Part shown: positions 1 to 4,745 of the stretch, in pieces
Layout of the letters: every line of letters begins with the position of its first letter
Numbering within the stretch: position 1 is the stretch's first letter
Assembly: GCA_028687205.1 (NCBI GenBank)
Contig: JAQUAP010000002.1
Location: 1-45,685 of the forward strand
Origin: Candidatus Omnitrophota bacterium
GTDB lineage: Bacteria; Omnitrophota; Gorgyraeia; Gygaellales; Profunditerraquicolaceae
DNA: 45,685 nucleotides
Reading direction: 5' to 3'
Program-made: the position numbers and the translations under genes
Notes under the pieces: model-generated
Databases searched by the model: none
Told to the model about the DNA's origin: nothing
What the model saw: the letters and a program-made list of their open reading frames with translations, nothing else

Positions 1-639
1 CTCATTGCCGGTTAATTTAATCGTAGAAGATGGGATCATGGTAACCTCGGCATCCTGGGTTTTAATGCCTTTGGCCTCGAGGGCCTGTTTTACCTTTTCA
101 AAATTCTGCGGCGCGCAAAATACTTCATAATTTTTTTCATCCGCTTTCATATCTTCAGCTCCGGCATCCAAAACAATATTCATCAATTCGTCTTCTTTGG
201 CCTGAGATTTCTCTATAAGAAAATATCCTTTCATCGTGAACATCCAGCTTACTGAACCGGCGCCGGCAAAACTCCCGCCTTTTTTAGACATAATATTGCG
301 GATTTCCGCGCTGGTGCGGTTTTTATTATCCGTGAGCACTTCAATCATCAGCGCTACCCCGCCGGGGCCGTACGCTTCATACACGCATGTCTCATAAACT
401 ACGCCCGGCAATTCGCCTGTGCCGCGCTTAATCGCCATCTTCACGTTATCCGAAGGCATATTCGCTTCTTTTGCCTTCAGCATAACCGCCCTCAGGCGCG
501 GGTTGGTATCCGGGTTACCGCCGCCCTCACGGGCGATAACCGTAATTTCCTTGATTATCTTAGTGTAGGTTGCTCCTTTTTTAGCGTCCGCCGCCATTTT
601 TTTGCCTTTATTCGTCTTCCATTTAGAATGACCAGACAT
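1..639 (-). CDS. yebC: YebC/PmpR (TACO1) family transcriptional regulator; C-terminus runs off the window edge
   Basis: Absent from the ORF track because it is open at the window edge. My translation from ATG 639..637 reads MSGHSKWKTNKGKKMAADAKKGATYTKIIKEITVIAREGGGNPDTNPRLRAVMLKAKEANMPSDNVKMAIKRGTGEL..., the hallmark N-terminus of this family. AGGAGGAA lies 7 nt upstream (647..654). Confidence 0.9.
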   Translation of the reverse strand, partial: MSGHSKWKTNKGKKMAADAKKGATYTKIIKEITVIAREGGGNPDTNPRLRAVMLKAKEANMPSDNVKMAIKRGTGELPGVVYETCVYEAYGPGGVALMIEVLTDNKNRTSAEIRNIMSKKGGSFAGAGSVSWMFTMKGYFLIEKSQAKEDELMNIVLDAGAEDMKADEKNYEVFCAPQNFEKVKQALEAKGIKTQDAEVTMIPSSTIKLTGNE

Positions 640-670
640 TGTTTATTTCCTCCTTAGGTTTAATTTAAAA

Positions 671-1081
671 AGGGCAGGTAAAATAAGCCGGGTTCTGTCT
701 TGATACGAGTATACGCATCGAAAAGTGGCCATTCCTCTAAGACCCTGATGTTGACACCAGGACTCAAGCAGCTTATTACCCGAGATTAATAGCGCGCCGG
801 ATAAGCGCGCGCCCTTTTTCAAGGGCTCATCTCCTATTCGCCTTGCTCCACGCAGAGATTGCCGCGTTTCATCTCGCAGTCGAAGGCTGCGAGATGATCC
901 TGAGCCGCTATAGGCGGCGAAGGATCTTACTCATCGCAATCTTTGACTGCTACTCGTCTCTGTGGCTCTTATCCTCGGCAGGCGATTAACCTGCCGGGTA
1001 GGCATTACCCTACTGCGTTATCCTCCGGAGCCCGGACTTTCCTCCCCGCCAAAGGCGGGGCGGCCACATTCTACCTGCCCT
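671..1081 (-). ncRNA. rnpB: RNase P RNA, bacterial type A
   Basis: The minus-strand read contains GGAGGAAAGTCCGGGCTCC (CR-I), GGATAAGAGCC, GGAGCAAGGCGAATAGG and ACAGAACCCGGCTTAT (CR-V). The P1 helix is formed by 5' AGGGCAGGTA (1081..1072) and 3' TACCTGCCCT (680..671). Length is about 411 nt. Confidence 0.93.
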
Positions 1082-1086
1082 ATTTT

Positions 1087-1506
1087 TTAAAGAACCTTTC
1101 TCTTTAATTCTTTCTTGATCGCCTGCGTTGCTAATTTATCCGCGCCGGCGTTTTCTGCGCGCGGAATATTTTTTACCGAGACCTCTTTAAACGCCGCAAG
1201 CAAATTCAGCGCCTGATTATAAAGCCCGACTAGATTCGCGTGTTTGACTTTATAAACCTTATTTAACTGGCGCGCCAGGAGCTGGCTATCTGTCTTTATC
1301 CTGACGGCCTCTGCCTTTAAGATCAGCGCTTCCTGGAGGCCGTAAATCAAAGCTGTGTATTCGGCAATATTATTTGTAGCATTGCCGATATAAGTAGAGA
1401 TATTCTTTATTGTTTCCTTATCCCGGCAGATAACCACCCCGATGCCGCTGGGGCCCGGGTTGCCTTTTGACGCCCCGTCAATGTAAATTTCAAGTTCCTT
1501 CATCAA
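1087..1506 (-). CDS. rnhA: Ribonuclease HI family protein
   Basis: 139 aa. Contains IYIDGASKGNPGPSGIGVV...NNIAEYTALIYGL...TDSQLLARQL...ENAGADKLA, matching the RNase H DEDD-type layout. Confidence 0.85.
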   Translation of the reverse strand: MMKELEIYIDGASKGNPGPSGIGVVICRDKETIKNISTYIGNATNNIAEYTALIYGLQEALILKAEAVRIKTDSQLLARQLNKVYKVKHANLVGLYNQALNLLAAFKEVSVKNIPRAENAGADKLATQAIKKELKRKVL

Positions 1507-2215
1507 TATATAATATCCGGTTACACATCTCGCAGGTGATTATATGTTCATACATTTTAATCAAATTTATGACTTGCGGAGGGACAAACATATTGCAACC
1601 GCCGCAGGAGTTCCCTTTGACGATAACGATGGCCAGGCCGTCACGGCTGCCCAATATCCTTTCGTACTGGTTCAGGATCTTAGGGTCTATTTCCGGGGTC
1701 GCCTGTTTCCTCTGGGCCTCAAGCTGGCTCAGGCGGTCGTCTATCTCTTTGACCCGGTCCTCGATCTTTTTCTTCTCGGCTAAAAATACTTTTTCTTCCT
1801 CTTTAAGCCTCGCTTTTTCTTTTTCTACTTCCCCTTTTGCCGCATCCGCTTTATCAAATAATTCCAGGACCTTATCTTCGATAAGCGAGGTATCGGCTTT
1901 GGCGTCCTGTATCTGTTGCAGCATCGTCTGGTATTCCTTATTGGTTTTAAGCCCGTAAAGCTGGCTCTGCAATTTCTTAGCAGCTTCTTCTTTAGAGCCT
2001 AATTCCAGTTCCTTATCTTTCCTCTGCTTCTGCAGTTCCAGTAATGTTTTTTCTAATTCCGCTAAATGCGCCTTCTTAGCCTCAAAAGAAGCCTCAATTG
2101 CCTTAATCTCATCAGGCTTGGCGGATTTCTCGGAACGCAAAGCGTATATCTCGCTGTCTAACGTCTGTAATTTTATTAAGCTGCTCAACTGCGATTTTAG
2201 GTTCAGCGTTGACAA
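1490..2215 (-). CDS. C4-type zinc-ribbon coiled-coil protein (COG1579/DUF164 family)
   Basis: Long coiled coil followed by C-terminal CGGC...N22...CEMC. The track ORF extends to 2269 but would overlap tRNA-Val. TTG at 2215 is preceded by GAGGGAG with a 5 nt spacer, so I place the start there. Confidence 0.75.
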   Translation of the reverse strand: MSTLNLKSQLSSLIKLQTLDSEIYALRSEKSAKPDEIKAIEASFEAKKAHLAELEKTLLELQKQRKDKELELGSKEEAAKKLQSQLYGLKTNKEYQTMLQQIQDAKADTSLIEDKVLELFDKADAAKGEVEKEKARLKEEEKVFLAEKKKIEDRVKEIDDRLSQLEAQRKQATPEIDPKILNQYERILGSRDGLAIVIVKGNSCGGCNMFVPPQVINLIKMYEHIITCEMCNRILYIDEGT

Positions 2216-2232
2216 TTCTACTCCCTCTTTAA

Positions 2233-2309
2233 TGGTGGGCGATAGAGGATTCGGACCTCTGACCTCCACAATGTGAATGTGGCGCTCTAACCAACTGAGC
2301 CAATCGCCC
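2233..2309 (-). tRNA. tRNA-Val (anticodon CAC), CCA encoded
   Basis: Minus strand reads GGGCGATTGGCTCAGTTGGTTAGAGCGCCACATTCACATTGTGGAGGTCAGAGGTCCGAATCCTCTATCGCCCACCA. The cloverleaf folds by hand: acceptor GGGCGAT/ATCGCCC, D GCTC/GAGC, anticodon stem CCACA/TGTGG, loop TTCACAT. The T-loop is the atypical TCCGAAT. Confidence 0.9.
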
Positions 2310-2310
2310 T

Positions 2311-2360
2311 ATGCCTGGGTCCGGATCGGTTCTCGCCAACTCCAGCCCACTATTCCCAAA
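2311..2360 (-). repeat. Diverged third copy of the ~40 nt trailer element (S) that follows each tRNA(CAU)-type 3' end
   Basis: Minus strand reads TTTGGGAATAGTGGGCTGGAGTTGGCGAGAACCGATCCGGACC. The two identical copies at 2498..2537 and 2696..2735 read TTTGAAAATAGTGGGCAGGGATCGGCGAGAACCGACGACC. Confidence 0.7.
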
Positions 2361-2537
2361 TGGGCCCAGAAGGATTCGAACCTCCGACCAGTCGCTTACG
2401 CTCCCCATAGGGGCTCTGCCCCTCTGGCGCTCCCCGCCTGCGGCGGTTCGCTGTCACCCCAAAAACGCGGGGAAAATCTTTCCCCGCACCCCTTTTTGGT
2501 CGTCGGTTCTCGCCGATCCCTGCCCACTATTTTCAAA
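2361..2537 (-). repeat. tRNA-derived tandem repeat unit A (177 bp): GC-rich structured segment plus intact tRNA(CAU) variable-loop/T-arm/acceptor 3' strand
   Basis: On the minus strand the 3' end reads TGGTCGGAGGTTCGAATCCTTCTGGGCCCA. This matches the 3' 30 nt of the real tRNA at 2736..2807 with 1 mismatch. The rest aligns to unit B with 4 substitutions and 1 single-nt indel. Confidence 0.85.
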
Positions 2538-2735
2538 TGGGCCCAGAAGGGTTCCTGCCTGCCGGCAGGCAGGCGAACCTCGCGACCAGTCGCTTGCGCT
2601 CCCCATAGGGGCTTTGCCCCTCTGGCGCTCTCCGCCTGCGGCGGTTCGCTGTCACCCCAAAAACGCGGGGAAAATCTTTCCCCGCACCCCTTTTTGGTCG
2701 TCGGTTCTCGCCGATCCCTGCCCACTATTTTCAAA
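2538..2735 (-). repeat. tRNA-derived tandem repeat unit B (198 bp): same as unit A, with a 20 nt perfect palindrome inserted in the T-loop
   Basis: Direct alignment to unit A. The extra CCTGCCTGCCGGCAGGCAGG at 2554..2573 splits the TTCG/AAC T-loop. Confidence 0.85.
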
Positions 2736-2807
2736 TGGGCCCAGAAGGGTTCGAACCTCCGACCAAGTGATTATGAGTCACCTGCTCTACCACTGAGCTA
2801 TGGGCCC
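2736..2807 (-). tRNA. tRNA with CAT anticodon, either elongator Met or more likely lysidine-type Ile2; CCA not encoded
   Basis: Minus strand reads GGGCCCATAGCTCAGTGGTAGAGCAGGTGACTCATAATCACTTGGTCGGAGGTTCGAACCCTTCTGGGCCCA, a clean cloverleaf. It is not an initiator: pair 1:72 is intact and the anticodon stem lacks the GGG/CCC run. As I recall them, the C4-G69/C5-G68 pairs and the anticodon arm resemble E. coli ileX more than metT. Confidence 0.9.
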
Positions 2808-2823
2808 GAAAAGTTAATACTAT

Positions 2824-2852
2824 ATGATACTATTTTTAGCCCTGTTTTGCAA
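2824..2852 (-). promoter_or_regulatory. Putative sigma-70 promoter for the tRNA cluster
   Basis: Minus strand has TTGCAA (2852..2847), a 17 nt spacer, then TATCAT (2829..2824). This is about 16 nt upstream of tRNA position 1. Confidence 0.5.
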
Positions 2853-2854
2853 GT

Positions 2855-2875
2855 TAAAAAATCGGTTTTTCCGAT
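2855..2875 (-). terminator. Weak hairpin plus T-run downstream of the TPR gene
   Basis: Minus strand reads ATCGG-AAAAA-CCGAT followed by TTTTTT. The stem is only 5 bp. Confidence 0.3.
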
Positions 2876-2953
2876 ATAGATTTACTGTTTTTTCAGGCAA
2901 GATGCGTTACCAGGAGATAAAGAAACGCCACCGGCAGGGATACCGGCTTTTAG

Positions 2954-4279
2954 CTATTTTCTTTTAATAAAAGGCCTCAGCCCGTTCAAATCACGGATAG
3001 CTTCATCTATAAAAAGTTGCTCCCTGCCGGACAATGTTTTGGCTTTCTCCAGCGCTATCAATGCTTCCCCGGTATTGCCCAAATTTTTTTGTATGTCCGC
3101 TAAAGTCAAATACGCCTTGCGGTATGCAGGATTAATAGCCAATGCCTTATCTATAAACTCTTTTGCTTTAGCGTATTCTCCGGTCCCATTGTAAGCATAG
3201 GCAAGATTATTGAGCACAAGAGAGTTATTGGGGTTAAGCGAAAGCTTATGCCGGCAAAGAGCTATCTCCTTGCGGTATTCATCAAGCGCTTCCCGGGCGC
3301 GCCCCTGTTGCTTGTAAATATCTCCCAGGTCATTATGCACGTTGCTGTAACCGGACTCGGCGCTGATTACCTTCTCATATTCTAAGACAGCCTCGCCTAG
3401 CCTACCCTGGTCCCTGTATACGCTGGCCAGGGCATAACGGAAATTTACTTTACCGGGTTCTAAATTCAAGGCCTTTCTCAAAAATGACACTGCCTCGTCA
3501 TACTTTTCAAGGTTCATGTAAGCCAACCCCAGGTTATTTAAAAGCGCCGCATCATTTTTATTTATTGCTAAGGCCATCCTGTATTCATCGACAGCATTCT
3601 CAAAAAATCCTTTTGCAAAATAAACATCCCCGAGCAGTTTATGGATAAGAAAAAGATTATTATCCAGGCGCCTGGCTGCGTTTAACGCAGTTATGGCCTG
3701 GTCATATTGCTGGTCGGCATAATAAAAATACCCGAGTATATAATGAGAAAAGATAAAATCCGGATTGATTTTTAACGCCGTCTCCAATAATCCGTACGCC
3801 TTTACTTTATCACCCGCTATAAACGCATCTACGCCGGTCCCCAAAAGATAGGCGGTATACTCGAAAGAGACATAATCCATCAGATCTTTGATCTCCCGGT
3901 CAGACGGAAAAGCGGCCTTCGCCTTCTTTAGCGTATTCACTGCCTCCTGATATAATTTTTGCCGGATATAGGCGTCAGCTAAATCTGTATAAGCCGGGAC
4001 AAAATTTGCATCAAGCTGGATTGCCTTCTTATATTCCTCTACCGCTTTATCTTTTAGCCCCTCTTGAAAGTAAGCGTCCCCCAGTCCGTAATGGGCTACT
4101 GCGACCGAAGGATTGATCTTGAGCGATTTATTAAAAGAATCTATCGCCTCTTTATACAAATGCCTTTCATAATAGCCGCCTGCGCGGTTATAATAAAATG
4201 CCGCCAGCTTATTTTTACCCATAAATAAAATAAGTGCGAATAAAATTAAAATAGCCAACAGGTATAATTTATCTCTCAT
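2954..4279 (-). CDS. Tetratricopeptide (TPR) repeat protein with N-terminal membrane anchor
   Basis: 441 aa. Hydrophobic N-terminus (LYLLAILILFALILF), then about 10 TPR-like 34-residue units with recurring A..Y..A/L...P patterns. Confidence 0.85.
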   Translation of the reverse strand: MRDKLYLLAILILFALILFMGKNKLAAFYYNRAGGYYERHLYKEAIDSFNKSLKINPSVAVAHYGLGDAYFQEGLKDKAVEEYKKAIQLDANFVPAYTDLADAYIRQKLYQEAVNTLKKAKAAFPSDREIKDLMDYVSFEYTAYLLGTGVDAFIAGDKVKAYGLLETALKINPDFIFSHYILGYFYYADQQYDQAITALNAARRLDNNLFLIHKLLGDVYFAKGFFENAVDEYRMALAINKNDAALLNNLGLAYMNLEKYDEAVSFLRKALNLEPGKVNFRYALASVYRDQGRLGEAVLEYEKVISAESGYSNVHNDLGDIYKQQGRAREALDEYRKEIALCRHKLSLNPNNSLVLNNLAYAYNGTGEYAKAKEFIDKALAINPAYRKAYLTLADIQKNLGNTGEALIALEKAKTLSGREQLFIDEAIRDLNGLRPFIKRK

Positions 4280-4308
4280 GGGTCAGGTTTGCGTCTTCAC
4301 CGCATACG

Positions 4309-4341
4309 TAAAAACGGCAGGAAGTTGACTTTTCCTGCCGT
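4309..4341 (-). terminator. Rho-independent terminator after the small membrane protein gene
   Basis: Minus strand reads ACGGCAGGAA-AAGTCAAC-TTCCTGCCGT (10 bp stem) followed by TTTTTA. Confidence 0.6.
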
Positions 4342-4382
4342 AAACTACGGATTCCCCAAAAATATCACTCAAGGGTCTTTAA

Positions 4383-4688
4383 TTATTTTGTTAAATCCTG
4401 CTGTTTAGCGCCTAAAACCTCAACTTTTTTAGTTAAATTAGCCAAATTATCCTTAGTCGCATTTAGGTCATCCCTAAGTTCAACCAGGTCTTTTTGCGCC
4501 TGCAAGACTTTAGGGATAAGCTGTTTAATCGCATCGCCTTGTTGCTGGATAACCTTAGTCAATCCGATCCTTGTCGTATCATCTACTTTTTGACAAACAA
4601 TATTATTTATTGAAAAAGCAAAAAAAGCAAAAATAACCGTCACTACGATTATAATCACTAACAGGGTTTTACTGATTTTCAAGTTCAT
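4383..4688 (-). CDS. Hypothetical membrane-anchored coiled-coil protein
   Basis: 101 aa. One N-terminal TM helix (LLVIIIVVTVIFAFFAF). AGGAGGAGGGG Shine-Dalgarno upstream. No family recognised. Confidence 0.6.
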   Translation of the reverse strand: MNLKISKTLLVIIIVVTVIFAFFAFSINNIVCQKVDDTTRIGLTKVIQQQGDAIKQLIPKVLQAQKDLVELRDDLNATKDNLANLTKKVEVLGAKQQDLTK

Positions 4689-4745
4689 CTTTCCCCTCCT
4701 CCTTTTTACTAATTATAACACTCTTTTGCTGAAATGGTAGCAATT

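Noticed and set aside
1467-1958. Plus-strand ORFs 1467..1958 and 1544..1783
   Set aside because: They are antisense to the well-supported zinc-ribbon/RNase H genes. The translation is low-complexity and Ser/Leu-rich, and there is no RBS.
2361-2735. Whether the repeat units are a tRNA interrupted by a group I intron, a tmRNA, or a CRISPR-like array
   Set aside because: - Group I intron: the ~105 nt insert is too short and lacks recognisable P3-P8 core strings, and no intact 5' exon (acceptor, D-arm or anticodon stem) can be folded.
- tmRNA: there is no GGGGCUGAU-type 5' end, tag ORF or TPsiC-acceptor pairing.
- CRISPR: the repeat period of 177-198 bp, with near-identical 'spacers', is incompatible.
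2277-2879. ORFs of 200 aa (2277..2879 +), 161 aa (2311..2796 +) and 112 aa (2396..2734 -) spanning the tRNA/repeat region
   Set aside because: They run through two bona fide tRNA genes and the tandem repeats. Their internally repeated, Pro/Arg/Gly/Ser-rich translations simply mirror the DNA repeat. They have no RBS, and open frames occur in several phases at once, which is typical of GC-rich non-coding DNA in an AT-richer genome.
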